A stretch of DNA of 32,000 bases from Raphidiopsis brookii D9 (GTDB taxonomy: Bacteria > Cyanobacteriota > Cyanobacteriia > Cyanobacteriales > Nostocaceae), in contig ACYB01000016.1 of assembly GCA_000175855.1 (NCBI GenBank), positions 30,001 through 62,000 of the forward strand, given 5' to 3'. Positions within the stretch are counted from its first letter, which is position 1, and each line of letters starts with the position of its first letter. This document shows, one piece after another, positions 12,239 to 22,589 of this stretch. The position numbers and the translations under genes are program-made. The notes beneath the pieces are model-generated. The model was not told where the DNA came from, searched no databases, and saw only the letters and a list, made by a program, of their open reading frames with translations.

Positions 12239-12925
12239 ATGATGCCTTCTCATGGCTCCCGTGTTCTGGTGATTGAACCTGATGAAACTCTGGCCAGTCA
12301 ATTGGGCTTTGATCTTCAAGAGGCTGGATATGAGGCTATTATAGCTACTGATGCTAATAGCGGTTTGCATAAATGTCGAGATTTACAACCGGCTTTAATA
12401 GTTGTAGATAGAATGTTGCCAGGAGAGTCTGGATTATCTTTTTGTAAAAACCTTCGTGCCACTGGCAATACTAAGCCGGTTCTAATATTAATGGCTAGGG
12501 ACGCGATGGATGATCGTGTGGCCTGCCTGGAAGCGGGTGCAGACGATTACATTCTTAAGCCTTACCGTTCCGAGGAATTTTCCAAGCTGATTAGTTTATA
12601 TCTAAAACCGGATATTGACAGTAGTGAACAGTTACGCTTTGTAGATTTAGTCCTAGATATTGGTACCCGTCGCGCTATCTATAACAATAAAGCCATTGAT
12701 TTAACAATGAAGGAATTTGAACTATTAAAGTTCTTTATGGAACATCCCCGAGAAGTTTTAACCCGGGAACAAATTTTGGAAAATGTTTGGGGTTATGACT
12801 TTGTTGGCGAGTCCAATGTGATTGAAGTATACATTCGCTACTTACGATTGAAAATCGAGGAAAATGGACAAAAGCGTTTGATTCAAACAGTGCGAGGTGT
12901 GGGATATGTATTAAGGGAGCATTGA
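12239..12925 (+). CDS. OmpR-family response regulator (receiver plus winged-helix)
   Basis: Receiver with phospho-acceptor context ALIVVDRMLPG and K in DDYILKP. C-terminal trans_reg_C pattern (LTMKEFELLKFFMEHPREVLTREQILENVWGYD...IQTVRGVGYVL). Confidence 0.85.
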   Translation: MMPSHGSRVLVIEPDETLASQLGFDLQEAGYEAIIATDANSGLHKCRDLQPALIVVDRMLPGESGLSFCKNLRATGNTKPVLILMARDAMDDRVACLEAGADDYILKPYRSEEFSKLISLYLKPDIDSSEQLRFVDLVLDIGTRRAIYNNKAIDLTMKEFELLKFFMEHPREVLTREQILENVWGYDFVGESNVIEVYIRYLRLKIEENGQKRLIQTVRGVGYVLREH

Positions 12926-12957
12926 GTCCTAGGTAGAAAAAAATTTTGTTTAGCCTA

Positions 12958-12985
12958 TTGCCAAAACAGAAAACTAGGCTATAAT
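12958..12985 (+). promoter_or_regulatory. Sigma70-type promoter candidate for tRNA-Leu
   Basis: TTGCCA (12958-12963), a 16-nt spacer, then TATAAT (12980-12985). The -10 box ends 18 nt before the mature tRNA 5' end. Confidence 0.45.
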
Positions 12986-13003
12986 AGGAAAGTTGATGAA
13001 AAA

Positions 13004-13087
13004 GGGCGGATGGCGAAACTGGTAGACGCACCACACTCAAAATGTGGCGACCTTGCGGTCATAGGAGTTCGATTCTCCTTCTGCCCA
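13004..13087 (+). tRNA. tRNA-Leu (anticodon CAA), long variable arm
   Basis: GGGCGGATGGCGAAACTGGTAGACGCACCACACTCAAAATGTGGCGACCTTGCGGTCATAGGAGTTCGATTCTCCTTCTGCCCA. The acceptor stem has 7 bp (one G-U). The anticodon loop is CTCAAAA and the T-loop is TTCGATT. Confidence 0.9.
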
Positions 13088-13163
13088 TCAGTTAGGTATT
13101 ACTACAAATACTAGTTAAATATAGGGCACGCCAGCACAAGTCAACGTGCCCAATCTGAACGGT

Positions 13164-13601
13164 TTAGATGCCAATAGCTGCTAAAACATCGCTAGCATGA
13201 GTGGAAGTATTAACCGTAGTGTCAACGTGGGCAATCTCGCCATTTGGATTTATAATGTAGGTAACGCGTTTAGCATAACCGCCGCCATCCACATCGTAAG
13301 CTTTTATTAAAGCTTTATCGGTATCAGCTAATAGGGGAAAATTGAGATTATATTTAGTGGTGAATGTTTGATGGGAAATCTCATCATCAGCACTTACTCC
13401 TAGAACTACTATATCTTTCCCTTGGTAGTCACTTTGGGCATCCCGAAAACTGCAAGCTTGTTTGGTGCATCCAGGAGTGTCATCTTTGGGATAAAAATAT
13501 AGAACTACAGTTTTACCGGCAAAATCAGATAGTGACACTGTGTTGCCGTTTGTATCCTTGGTGGTAAATGCAGGTGCTTTTGTACCAACTGATAATGCCA
13601 T
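13164..13601 (-). CDS. bcp: Peroxiredoxin (BCP/PrxQ type)
   Basis: FYPKDDTPGCTKQACSF contains the PxxxTxxC peroxidatic Cys motif. Length is 145 aa. Confidence 0.85.
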   Translation of the reverse strand: MALSVGTKAPAFTTKDTNGNTVSLSDFAGKTVVLYFYPKDDTPGCTKQACSFRDAQSDYQGKDIVVLGVSADDEISHQTFTTKYNLNFPLLADTDKALIKAYDVDGGGYAKRVTYIINPNGEIAHVDTTVNTSTHASDVLAAIGI

Positions 13602-13689
13602 ACTTGACCTTTCCTGTGTGAGAATATGATAAACCCGATTATATATTTTTTAAACACTATTATCAATCTTTGGGGGGGATTTTGGGAAA

Positions 13690-15555
13690 ATGCACCATAG
13701 GAATTGTCTAGAAGTTCACAATTTACAAGTAGAATTTTCTGGGGATGGTGCCCAGGTACAAGCTATTAATGGCATTAGTTTTGATCTACCCCAAGGTCAA
13801 ACCCTGGGAATAGTTGGTGAGTCTGGTAGTGGTAAATCAGTCACAGCTCTGACAATTATGGGTTTATTGCCATACCCTGGTCAGGTAACTGGAGGACAAA
13901 TTTTATTCCGCAATCAAAAAAATGCCCAACCCCTAGATTTATTAGCTCTACCCTCACGGGAAATCCAGCTTTACCGTGGTGGGGATATGGCAATGATTTT
14001 TCAAGAACCAATGACTTCCCTCAATCCGGTTTATAACATTGGTTTTCAGTTAACAGAAGCAATTGAGCGCCATCAAAATGTCACCCTAGCTGAAGCTAAA
14101 AGAATCGCGATCGCCCGATTACAGGAAGTAAAGCTATTACCCAAGGATGAAAACATTAAACAGCAGTATTTAGAAAACTGGCATCAAACCCATCTCAAAA
14201 CGCCACTACCTAGTGATTATCAATTAGCACAACTAGTGAAAGAGTATAAAATGGCAATGCTAGAACGCTACCCCCATGAGTTATCAGGAGGTCAGTTGCA
14301 AAGGGTTATGATTGCCATGGCTATTTGTTGTAATCCATCTTTGTTAATTGCTGATGAACCGACAACTGCTTTAGATGTGACAGTTCAAGCGACGATTATG
14401 GAACTGATGAGAGAACTCCAAAAAAGTCGTAATATGGCTATGATTTTCATCAGTCATGATTTAGGACTAGTTGCTGAAATTGCCGATCAAGTAGCAGTGA
14501 TGTATAAGGGTAAAATTGTTGAGTGTGGTTTGGCATCACAAATTTTCACCCATCCCCAGCACCCATATACTAAGGGTTTAGTAGCTTGTCGTCCCACTCT
14601 TAACCAGCGACCACAAAAATTGCTGACAGTTTCCGACTATATGATAGTACAAAGATACCCCAATGGAGAACTGATTATTAAATCAAAAGAACCGAATATC
14701 CCTCGAGAAATTACCCCAGCAGAAATTGAAACACGAATAGATGATTTAACCAGAAAATCCCCACTTTTACAAATTCATAATCTCAAGGTAGGTTTTCCTG
14801 TTCGCGGTTTGTTGGGCGGTAATAAACGATATCATATAGCTGTGAATGGTGTTTCCTTTGATGTCTATCCAGGAGAAACTTTAGGTTTAGTGGGAGAATC
14901 GGGTTGTGGTAAAACTACCTTGGGTAGAACCTTGATCAGATTAATTCAACCCATGGCGGGAAAAATTATATTTGAAGGAGAAAACATCACTAATTTTTCA
15001 GGAACTCAATTACAGACCCTGAGAAAACAGATGCAAATAATTTTTCAAAACCCTTTTAGTTCCCTCGACCCAAGAATCAAAATTGGTGCAGCAATTATGG
15101 AACCATTGTTAATTCATTCCGTGGGGAAAACTAAACAACAGCGCCAGGAGATTGTTGTCCAACTTTTAGAACGAGTGGGATTAAGTGCAGATGATATGAA
15201 TCGCTATCCCCATCAATTTTCTGGTGGTCAACGTCAGCGTATTTGTATAGCCCGGTCTTTGGCACTAAATCCTAAATTTATTATTTGCGATGAGTCGGTT
15301 TCCGCTCTTGATGTCTCCGTTCAAGCTCAGGTGTTAAATCTATTGAAGGAATTACAACAGGAATTTCAATTAACTTATATTTTCATTTCCCATGATTTAA
15401 GTGTGGTCAAATTTATGAGCGATCGCATTTTGGTGATGAATGAAGGTAGGATTGTGGAAGTTGGTACGTCTGAAAATATTTATCGTCATCCAAAGGAAGA
15501 ATATACACGGAAACTAATTGCTGCTATTCCCCGGGGAAATACTAACCACAATTAA
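13690..15555 (+). CDS. Fused double ABC ATPase (Dpp/Opp D-F type)
   Basis: Two sets of Walker A (GESGSGKS, GESGCGKT), signature (LSGGQLQR, FSGGQRQR) and Walker B (LLIADEPT, FIICDES). No permease gene is adjacent. Confidence 0.85.
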   Translation: MHHRNCLEVHNLQVEFSGDGAQVQAINGISFDLPQGQTLGIVGESGSGKSVTALTIMGLLPYPGQVTGGQILFRNQKNAQPLDLLALPSREIQLYRGGDMAMIFQEPMTSLNPVYNIGFQLTEAIERHQNVTLAEAKRIAIARLQEVKLLPKDENIKQQYLENWHQTHLKTPLPSDYQLAQLVKEYKMAMLERYPHELSGGQLQRVMIAMAICCNPSLLIADEPTTALDVTVQATIMELMRELQKSRNMAMIFISHDLGLVAEIADQVAVMYKGKIVECGLASQIFTHPQHPYTKGLVACRPTLNQRPQKLLTVSDYMIVQRYPNGELIIKSKEPNIPREITPAEIETRIDDLTRKSPLLQIHNLKVGFPVRGLLGGNKRYHIAVNGVSFDVYPGETLGLVGESGCGKTTLGRTLIRLIQPMAGKIIFEGENITNFSGTQLQTLRKQMQIIFQNPFSSLDPRIKIGAAIMEPLLIHSVGKTKQQRQEIVVQLLERVGLSADDMNRYPHQFSGGQRQRICIARSLALNPKFIICDESVSALDVSVQAQVLNLLKELQQEFQLTYIFISHDLSVVKFMSDRILVMNEGRIVEVGTSENIYRHPKEEYTRKLIAAIPRGNTNHN

Positions 15556-16343
15556 ACTACTAACCTCCAGCTAACCATAACTAGAATACTATAGATAACT
15601 AGTTTGAGGGGACGTTGTGGAGTGATTTGGCAGAGTTTTGAACCCACTATTACCCCTGGGACTGAACCTAACCATATTGGCAATACTAAACTCCAATCCA
15701 CCGTTCCCAAGGTCAAGTGACCCAAGGAGGTAAATATTAATAGGATTGCTGCTTGGGTAATATCTGTGCCTACTAACTTTTGAGCATCTAAGCTAAACAA
15801 AGTAACCAATACCAATGCGAACATAGAACCAGATGAAACACTAGTCATACCGACGCAAAAGCCCAAAATTGCCCCGACTAACAAGGTCAAAAAACGACCT
15901 TGATGAGTTTTGAGATTTAATCCTGGTGGATCAGGTAAATTCAATTGGGGGAAGAATGTCACTAGTAGCATTTGCGTCAAAGCTGCTAGTGTTACTATTA
16001 AAATCATTATTCCTAGTGACTTTAATAATATACCATCTATCTGATACCCATTAGTTCTAAGTTGATGTAAAACCCCCACACCTATCAGTGAACCGGAAAC
16101 ACTACCCATGGCTAACCATTTGACTATTTCTGTGTCCAGGGTTTTCTGTTGCCAATGCTTAATCCCACCCACTACTTTCATTAATGTAGCAGCTACAACA
16201 TCTGAACTGATCGCAATGGATGGTGGAACTTGAAAAATAAAGATCAACATAGGAGTGATCAAAGATGCACCACCTATTCCTGTTAAACCAACAATAGTGC
16301 CAATAAAAAAGCTCAAAACCGGTAGTAGCAACAAGTTATCCAT
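15552..16343 (-). CDS. TSUP (TauE/SafE, DUF81) family anion exporter/permease
   Basis: 263 aa, polytopic, with two GxGGG-like repeats (GLTGIGGASLITP, VSSGSMF). Confidence 0.8.
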   Translation of the reverse strand: MDNLLLLPVLSFFIGTIVGLTGIGGASLITPMLIFIFQVPPSIAISSDVVAATLMKVVGGIKHWQQKTLDTEIVKWLAMGSVSGSLIGVGVLHQLRTNGYQIDGILLKSLGIMILIVTLAALTQMLLVTFFPQLNLPDPPGLNLKTHQGRFLTLLVGAILGFCVGMTSVSSGSMFALVLVTLFSLDAQKLVGTDITQAAILLIFTSLGHLTLGTVDWSLVLPIWLGSVPGVIVGSKLCQITPQRPLKLVIYSILVMVSWRLVV

Positions 16344-17093
16344 ATTTCTTCCTCATCAACCCAGGACCACCCTGGAAACCCTTAATTAATTATTTCAGTT
16401 ATTTCAACTGGCAAACTACAAGACTGAGTATATTAGCTTAACATACATCTGGGTTTGAAGCCATAGTAAATTCCTAAAACTCGATCGGATTACCGTATTT
16501 AATTATAGTAGGGTTAAAAGTCAAGTGTCAATACCTGGCAAATGTTATTTTTGGGTTATTTCTTTGGATCAGGTGCGAATGCTATTATCGTCATCCCCAA
16601 TAAGAATTTACAGGACAATGTTTTTTGTCATTTGAGTGGAAATATAAACAACTCTTTTAGGTGATTGTTTATTGGTTGAATGTAATGATTAAACCTGGAT
16701 AACAAATCGATAAAAAATAGACGTAAAACAGGAGGATTAAAGTAGTCACACCGAGAATACCAAGCAGAAAAGAGTAAGGAGCTGAACGTAATTTGAGAAT
16801 TAATTCCCGCAAACTCCGACATGATTTAGCACCTTAATGACTACTCAATAAAATTTTTAAAAAAACCTGAAAAACCTTGCGCGAGCAAAACAAATAATGT
16901 AAGATGCCTGATACAGAGGTATAGCTGATATCTCATAAATATTTGCTAAACCCTTGATAGTAATTACACCGACAACCATATATTCTGATTGGATAAGGTG
17001 TCTTTATTTTTTCAAGATTTATAGTTTTCAATAGTTTTAGTCCGGTTAACTTACCCAATTAACTTACATAAGTTATAAATAGTGGAGGAAAAA

Positions 17094-17929
17094 TTGAGTG
17101 TACTAGCGTTTTCCTTATTAATTTGGATTGGATCTTTTACTGCTGGTTTAGTAGGATCCTTAACGGGGTTAGGAGGGGGGATTATTATAGTCCCCTATTA
17201 ACCTCCGTATTTGGTGTTGATATTCGTTACGCTATAGGTGCTTCTCTGGTTTCAGTTATTGCTACATCTTTGGGATCGGCATCTACATACATTAAAAAAG
17301 GATTTACTAACATTAGATTAGGAATGTTTTTGGAAGTTGCTACCACCACTGGCGCAATCATTGGTGCCCTGATGGCTACCTTTATTTCTGTTAAATTCTT
17401 AACCATCATTTTGGCATTTGTCCTAATTTATTCAGCATATTTGTCCCAAAGTCCAAAATCGGAATATCAAGAAGTTGCGACACCAGATACCCTAGCTGAA
17501 TACTTAGAATTAAATGGTACTTACCCCATTAGCGATGGTGTAATACCTTACTATGTTAACTGCTTACCTGCTGGTTTTAGCATTATGTTATTGGCAGGAA
17601 TTCTGTCTGGTTTATTAGGTATTGGTTCTGGAGCGTTTAAGGTTTTAGCAATGGACCAAGTAATGCGTCTACCCTTTAAAGTTTCTACTACAACCAGCAA
17701 CTTTATGATTGGTGTAACAGCGGCAACATCGGCTGGCGTATATTTGAGTAGGGGATATATAGATCCTGGCTTGTCTATGCCAGTCATGTTAGGAGTTTTA
17801 CCTGGTGCATTTTTGGGAGCCAGAATTTTAATTGGTGCTAAAACCCAAACCATCAGAATTATCTTCAGTATCATCTTAATAGTGATGGCACTAAAAATGG
17901 TCTATAACGGTTTAACAGGGGGAGTTTAA
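17094..17929 (+). CDS. Second TSUP (TauE/SafE) permease; frameshifted as assembled (long ORF 17123..17929)
   Basis: TTG 17094, after a GGAGG SD, encodes LSVLAFSLLIWIGSFTAGLVGSLTGLGGGIIIVP and then hits a stop. The family-typical continuation LLTSVFGVDIRYAIGASLVSV is in the -1 frame. A fifth C in the C4 run at 17192-17195 would join them. Confidence 0.7.
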
Positions 17930-17933
17930 TAAC

Positions 17934-18512
17934 ATGTATAAATTAAATTCTGGTTTTAGATGGACTTCATCAGCGGAAATAGAAATCGAATTAATGGGAC
18001 TGGTTCTGATTCCAGAAGAAATTGATTCTGACATTCAACAATTAGAACAACAACAGCTTAGTCGCAATAATACTACTGACTTTAACAGCAATTACGCTAA
18101 TACTAATGGAGAGATTACTAGTTTTCAAAAACTTAGTAAATCGCAAGATGAACAAGAACTAGAAGATATCCTCAGTAATTTACTCAAGCATGGGGTGTTA
18201 ATTGCCAGTACTGTTGTGTTTATGGGAGGAATATTGTACCTAATCCGTCATGGTTTGGAACCTGCTGATTATCACATATTCAGGGGCACACCACCCCAGT
18301 TTTGTTCACCTAGTGGTGTCATAACTACCATTTTTGCTGGTAGTGGAAGGGGAATAATTCAACTAGGACTTCTAATCTTGATTTCTGTACCTATTTTACG
18401 CGTGGTTATTTCCTTTTTAGTTTTTATGTTCCAAAGAAAATTTACTTATGTGGTGATGACCTTACTGGTACTTGCTACTATTAGTTATAGTTTGGTAAGT
18501 GCTTATTTGTAA
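17934..18512 (+). CDS. DUF1634-like membrane protein (usual TSUP partner) with a Q/N/E-rich N-terminal extension
   Basis: The C-terminal ~115 aa have hydrophobic helices (HGVLIASTVVFMGGILYLIRHG, GLLILISVPILRVVISFLVF). It starts 5 nt after the TSUP stop. The family assignment is from memory of the TSUP-DUF1634 pairing. Confidence 0.55.
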   Translation: MYKLNSGFRWTSSAEIEIELMGLVLIPEEIDSDIQQLEQQQLSRNNTTDFNSNYANTNGEITSFQKLSKSQDEQELEDILSNLLKHGVLIASTVVFMGGILYLIRHGLEPADYHIFRGTPPQFCSPSGVITTIFAGSGRGIIQLGLLILISVPILRVVISFLVFMFQRKFTYVVMTLLVLATISYSLVSAYL

Positions 18513-18534
18513 TACCGAGAAATACCTGTACTTT

Positions 18535-18984
18535 TCACCGAACCTCACATTCCCGTTTAGTAATAAAATGACGGTAGCGAAACATTGCTTCCAATTGCAG
18601 TTGAACCAACCACCCACCTACTAATTCTAGTGTTTCAGCACCAGGGAGAGAATATTTAATATTATCACTTAATCTTGTTTGACCATTTTCTTCTATAAAC
18701 TCATGACGATGTACCCATAAATCAAAAGGTCCTGACACCTGTTCATCAGTAAACAGTTGATATTTCTCACATTCAGTATGACGCGCTAACCAGGTCAGAG
18801 GTACTACCCCCATCAATAATCTAAATTCCGTGATAGCACCTTTATTGAGTCCTCCCTCCCGACGTAACACTTGCACAGGTTGCCAAGGAGGAGTCAGGAG
18901 CTTTAAAACATCCTGTCTCTCATGGAATTCCCAAACTACTTGGACTGGTGCATTGATAATTGAAGAATGAGAAAAGTGTAACAT
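18535..18984 (-). CDS. SRPBCC (START/cyclase-dehydrase-like) family protein
   Basis: 149 aa. The pattern SSIINAPVQVVWEFHERQDVLKLLTPPW...FTDEQVSGPFDLWVHRHEF resembles COG4276-type SRPBCC proteins (from memory). Confidence 0.55.
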   Translation of the reverse strand: MLHFSHSSIINAPVQVVWEFHERQDVLKLLTPPWQPVQVLRREGGLNKGAITEFRLLMGVVPLTWLARHTECEKYQLFTDEQVSGPFDLWVHRHEFIEENGQTRLSDNIKYSLPGAETLELVGGWLVQLQLEAMFRYRHFITKRECEVR

Positions 18985-19009
18985 GAATAAAACCTAAATT
19001 GAATTTTTT

Positions 19010-20650
19010 CTACCTGTTGACTTTAAGTGGGGAAAGAGAACGAAAATCACTAGTTGCTATTTCTAAATGTTTAATTAGCGTAGATGGTGGTAATGGTCCT
19101 TGTAGGTGATTCCAGGGAAGAATTTGCTGAGGTGACCAGTGACTATGAACGTAAAAGTCTAAATCGGGAATTTTACCTTTTAATTCCTTAAATGCTCGTT
19201 TATAACTTCCTAAAGAATCACCAAAATTACGAGTTAGTTCTAACAAATAAGAAAGACGACGGTCTCCTCTAGATAACAAAGACTGAATCACGGACCAATT
19301 ATAACTTTCGGGACGAAAATCTATACCTTGGGGTTTTAGTTGTTTTTGTAAAAACTGTAACTTCTTTTCTGCACTCTTGTTAACTCCAAACCATTGAAAC
19401 GGAGTATGGGATTTAGGAACAAAGGTGCTACATCCTAGAGTTAATCGTAATCCGGGAGTAGCCTTTTTTATATCTGTCATCATAGTCACCGTAGCATCTA
19501 AATCTTCAGGTTCCTCACCGGGAACACCTACCATGCTATATAATTTTAACGCTGATAAACCCCCAGCTTTAGCATTAATAGCAGCTTGGATAATTTCTTG
19601 ATTATCTAATTTTTTATTAATAATCTGGCGGAGTTTTTCCGAACCACTTTCTACAGCAATGGTCAAAGAATGGCAATCTCTTTTTGCTAAAGTATGAGCT
19701 AACTTTTGGGTAACCGTATTGGTTCTTACAGAAGCAACACTCAATCGCACATTATCATATTGAGGTTGACTAATATAATCCAAAAGGTTAGAAAATTCTG
19801 GATGTTGAGTTACAGATGCGCCCAGTAAACCCAGACGATTAGTAATTTTTAAACCCTGTTCAATAGCAGGAATTAAAGAACCTTCCAAACTGGCGGTTCT
19901 AAAGGGCAAAGTTAAATAACTGGCTAAACAAAACCGACACATTTCCGGACAACTGCGTACTACCTCCACCATGAAAATATTTTCCCATGCTGCTTTTTCT
20001 GTCACCACTGTCGAAACCGAGAGCTTGTTTCCTCTATAGGTCTGCTTGTGAACAACGGGAGGAATATCAACCTCGAGAGGGTAAATAGCCTTTATTTCCC
20101 CATCTTTGCCCAAATATTCAACATCATATAAACTGGGAATATAGATTCCCGGTACTTGAGCTAAGGTTCTAAGTTGAACACTTTTAGGAGCTTGTCTAAC
20201 CTGCTTATAACAATCAATAAAACTCTCTAATAAAGTCTCTCCATCACCCAATAGCACCACATCAAAAAAATCAGCAAAGGGTTCGGGATTAGCTGTTAAA
20301 ACCGGCCCACCACCAAAAACCAGCGGATGTTCCAAACCCCGATGACTTGCACGCACAGGAATTTGCAAAGACTCTAAAATTTGCAAGATGTTCACATAAT
20401 CCAATTCCCAGGACATGGAAAAACCAATAATTTCTGCTTGTCTAGGAAGAGGTTCTTGCACATCGGTAAATAAGCGACTTACTTGTAGATCATTGCGCAT
20501 CGCTAAAGTTGCCCACACCACCTGATAACCAAGACTAGTGATACCCACAGTGTATTCGTTGGGGAAAGCAAAAATCACAGGGATAGGATTAGTGGTGGGT
20601 TGAGCTGGGGTAAATAATAGACGTTCGGACTCAAATACGGATGATGTCAC
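19010..20650 (-). CDS. B12-binding-domain radical SAM protein
   Basis: The CxxxCxxC cluster motif is CPEMCRFC. The N-terminal region has a B12-binding-like fold pattern. Length is 546 aa. Confidence 0.8.
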   Translation of the reverse strand: MTSSVFESERLLFTPAQPTTNPIPVIFAFPNEYTVGITSLGYQVVWATLAMRNDLQVSRLFTDVQEPLPRQAEIIGFSMSWELDYVNILQILESLQIPVRASHRGLEHPLVFGGGPVLTANPEPFADFFDVVLLGDGETLLESFIDCYKQVRQAPKSVQLRTLAQVPGIYIPSLYDVEYLGKDGEIKAIYPLEVDIPPVVHKQTYRGNKLSVSTVVTEKAAWENIFMVEVVRSCPEMCRFCLASYLTLPFRTASLEGSLIPAIEQGLKITNRLGLLGASVTQHPEFSNLLDYISQPQYDNVRLSVASVRTNTVTQKLAHTLAKRDCHSLTIAVESGSEKLRQIINKKLDNQEIIQAAINAKAGGLSALKLYSMVGVPGEEPEDLDATVTMMTDIKKATPGLRLTLGCSTFVPKSHTPFQWFGVNKSAEKKLQFLQKQLKPQGIDFRPESYNWSVIQSLLSRGDRRLSYLLELTRNFGDSLGSYKRAFKELKGKIPDLDFYVHSHWSPQQILPWNHLQGPLPPSTLIKHLEIATSDFRSLSPLKVNR

Positions 20651-20689
20651 GGATGTGCAATAGTTTGTTCTACTGATATCCCCATTATA

Positions 20690-21610
20690 TCACAATATTT
20701 TACTGGTAAAATCTAAAATGTGGTGTGCCGTAATTTCTGGCTTTTCCACGTGGGGAATGTGACCACAATCAGGAATCCAAATTAATTGACTTTGGGGAAT
20801 TGCTTGTCTAAATTTCTCTCCATCCTTTGTCCCTAGTATTCTATCACTGTCTCCCCATAAAATTAGGGTCGGTTGCCCAATTTTCCCTAACTGCTGTAAT
20901 TTAAAGGCTTGATAACCACCACTTTGGGTAAAGGTAATTAATGATTCCTTCCAATTTGCCATTTCTATGTGCAGGTCACGACAACATAAGGTGTCATCAT
21001 TAATTAAACTGGGATTTTTGTAAGCAGAGCGACAAATGCGATCGCGCACTTGGGAATTACGCAAAAACTCTGCTGCTAATGAGTATAATTGGGGGAACAT
21101 CAATTTACTTAGGGCCGAACCCCCTTTTAAACCAGCACTATCAATCAATATTAACTTTTGTACCAGTTCAGGATAGGTAAGGGCAAAATCGATAGCTGCT
21201 GCACCCCCCATAGAAGCTCCTAGCAAAATCACAGGTTGACCAATAAGGGTTTTCCAAAAATGATACAGATGGGTTTTAATCGCAGCAGGACTATAGCCAA
21301 TATCCCGTTGTCTTTCGGTAAAGCCAAACCCCAGTAAATCCACTGCCCAGGTTGGATGGGTAAGAGCTAACAAGGGCAAAAGTCGGCGAAACTCCAAAAC
21401 CGAACTGTCAAAACCATGAATTAATAATATGGGCGTGTTCCCACTACCCTGGAGGACATAGCTGGTCCTAATTGGTTGGGGACTTAAAGGAGTAATCATC
21501 TCCTCAATTTGGATACTTTGAGCTAAAGCTACAGAAGTTGGTTCCGAGAGTTGTTCAACAGCTGACGGCAAAAAATTGGTTTGAGAACCTGGCGGCTGAT
21601 TTTTGGACAT
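20690..21610 (-). CDS. Alpha/beta-fold hydrolase
   Basis: LIHGFDSS, nucleophile elbow GASMGG and C-terminal DCGHIPHVEKP. The ATG at 21610 follows an AGGAG SD and is preferred. The 40 extra N-terminal codons in the ORF track look non-coding. Confidence 0.7.
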   Translation of the reverse strand: MSKNQPPGSQTNFLPSAVEQLSEPTSVALAQSIQIEEMITPLSPQPIRTSYVLQGSGNTPILLIHGFDSSVLEFRRLLPLLALTHPTWAVDLLGFGFTERQRDIGYSPAAIKTHLYHFWKTLIGQPVILLGASMGGAAAIDFALTYPELVQKLILIDSAGLKGGSALSKLMFPQLYSLAAEFLRNSQVRDRICRSAYKNPSLINDDTLCCRDLHIEMANWKESLITFTQSGGYQAFKLQQLGKIGQPTLILWGDSDRILGTKDGEKFRQAIPQSQLIWIPDCGHIPHVEKPEITAHHILDFTSKIL

Positions 21611-21792
21611 TTTTGGACACTCCTGTTCGGTTTTAGGCAGAAGTGGGTAGACATTTACAAGCAGAACATAGAAGCTGGCTTTAGAGTTTGGGTGATAAGC
21701 CCAAATATCAAAATTTTGCCAGATCATCATTACATGTTACCAAATCCCCTACAATAAATATCACTGATACAGAAATTCAGGAGAGTTAAGCC

Positions 21793-22140
21793 ATGCCAAT
21801 GGCAGTTGGCGTTATCGAAACTTTAGGTTTTCCCGCAGTTTTGGCCGCAGCAGATGCTATGGTTAAGTCTGCTGCTGTCACAATCGTATACTATGGCATT
21901 GCAGAAAGTGGAAGGTTATTGGTTGCTGTTAGAGGACAGGTAGCAGAGGTGAAAACCGCTGTTGCAGCTGGAATAGCTTCCGAAGAAACTGTTTATGGTG
22001 GTCAGGTAATTACTCATTACATAGTTCCCAATCCACCGGAAAATGTGGAAACAATTCTACCTATCCATTTCACTTCTGAGTCTGAACCTTTTCGCTATTT
22101 TTTAACTTGTACCGGTAATTTTATTTATACAGGAGATTAG
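21793..22140 (+). CDS. ccmK3: Carboxysome shell protein CcmK3 (BMC-H)
   Basis: BMC domain [32 protein letters not shown]...[12 protein letters not shown]. The YY and PNPP features match CcmK3 as I remember it. It is paired with ccmK4. Confidence 0.8.
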   Translation: MPMAVGVIETLGFPAVLAAADAMVKSAAVTIVYYGIAESGRLLVAVRGQVAEVKTAVAAGIASEETVYGGQVITHYIVPNPPENVETILPIHFTSESEPFRYFLTCTGNFIYTGD

Positions 22141-22142
22141 TA

Positions 22143-22493
22143 ATGTCCCTACAGGCCGTTGGATCTTTAGAAACAAAGGGTTTTCCCGCAGTTTTAGCCG
22201 CAGCAGATGCTATGGTTAAAGCTGGAAGGGTAACTTTGGTCGGTTATATCCGAGTTGGTAGCGCCCGCTTTACAATCAATATTCGTGGTGATGTTTCTGA
22301 GGTGAAAACCGCCATGGCCGCTGGTGTGGAAGCAGCACAAAATGTCTATGGTGGTACTCTAGAATCCTGGGTAATTATCCCCCGTCCCCATGAAAACGTA
22401 GAAGCTGTCTTACCTATTGCTTACACGGATCAAGTCCAGCAATATCGAGATTCGGTGGAAAACCCCATCGTCCGCTCCTCCAGTGGTAGATAG
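22143..22493 (+). CDS. ccmK4: Carboxysome shell protein CcmK4 (BMC-H)
   Basis: [57 protein letters not shown]...[11 protein letters not shown] is very close to the remembered CcmK4 pattern. Confidence 0.85.
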   Translation: MSLQAVGSLETKGFPAVLAAADAMVKAGRVTLVGYIRVGSARFTINIRGDVSEVKTAMAAGVEAAQNVYGGTLESWVIIPRPHENVEAVLPIAYTDQVQQYRDSVENPIVRSSSGR

Positions 22494-22589
22494 TTCTTGT
22501 TAACTATCTTAAACCTATCTTTTTGGAATAAAAATGATTTTTGTTAATGCCGACTTAAATGGTGCAGCAAATATTTTAGGCGATTTACC

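Noticed and set aside
11186-13567. Overlapping or antisense ORFs 11186..11437, 11983..12237, 12018..12200, 12176..12370, 12735..13040 and 13364..13567
   Set aside because: Each overlaps a motif-supported gene (nadK, the OmpR-type regulator, the peroxiredoxin) or a tRNA, and none has features of its own.
16628-16822. Minus-strand ORF of 64 aa in the TSUP intergenic region
   Set aside because: It has no SD, no recognisable domain, and a low-complexity composition. It is kept only as a note under the intergenic finding.
21599-21618. 10-bp tandem duplication (atttttggac x2) spanning the start codon of the alpha/beta hydrolase at 21610
   Set aside because: The duplication is real in the sequence, but I cannot tie it to any function. 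It lies at the SD/start region and the ORF is intact.
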